DNA of 64,000 nucleotides, taken from NCBI GenBank assembly GCA_002269645.1, contig NIVC01000061.1, positions 1,138,610 to 1,202,609 of the forward strand. Reading direction: 5' to 3'. This DNA is from Macrostomum lignano. Lineage: Eukaryota. Both the position numbers and the translations under genes were made by a program. Each line of letters begins with the position of its first letter. Position 1 is the first letter of the stretch. The notes under the pieces are model-generated. The model searched no databases and was not told where the DNA came from. It was given only the letters and a program-made list of their open reading frames with translations. Shown one piece after another: positions 63,681 through 64,000 of this stretch.

Positions 63681-64000
63681 TTTGGTCTCCCTCTTGCGGC
63701 ATGGAGTGTGCAAGTCTGCAGTCCTCTGCATTGTCGGTCCATCCATCGTTCTTAGCTGCGCTGGAGACTCAACTATTTTTTCTTCGAAGAAGAGAGACGT
63801 CTAAGTGAGCTGAGGGTTTTTTTACTGTCCGAATGAGAGCAGTGTACTCGAATCTCTATTATAGTCCTCTCTGCCCCCGCCTCTCCCTCATTCTGGTCCG
63901 GTGACCTCGGATCCAGGGGGGGGGGGGGCGCAGACACTGCTGGCATAACTTTGCTCTGTACGTGCGCAAGTCGTGCTAAGTGTAATGCTCGGGGGGTGGC

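Overview
Eukaryotic (metazoan) genomic DNA with GC-rich exons and introns filled by tandem repeats. The style resembles the free-living flatworm Macrostomum, but that is inference and cannot be confirmed here. Spliced gene models were rebuilt by hand from GT..AG sites, with exon lengths checked against splice phase. Minus strand: flotillin-2 (6 exons, 425 aa), a GCPII/NAALADase M28 peptidase (7 exons, 753 aa, all Zn ligands intact) and an LRP5/6 (Arrow)-like receptor (14 exons in the window, 4 propeller-EGF units then LDLa, running off the left edge). Plus strand: an intronless orphan ORF (341 aa), a probable two-exon RING + multipass membrane protein, and an HR96/NR1J nuclear receptor with an apparent frameshift. 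Mobile DNA: a decayed Tc1/IS630-type transposon with a MITE nested in its left TIR, three hAT-type MITEs with 8-bp TSDs upstream of HR96, a GCGAAGC-capped hairpin cluster and a possible tyrosine-recombinase relic. The dominant pattern is that about 23 of 29 introns each carry an essentially private mini- or microsatellite. Several are built from splice-site-like words, including about 450 tandem GTGAGT donor mimics, and two are in-frame and stop-free. Most long ORFs in the supplied track are repeat read-throughs.
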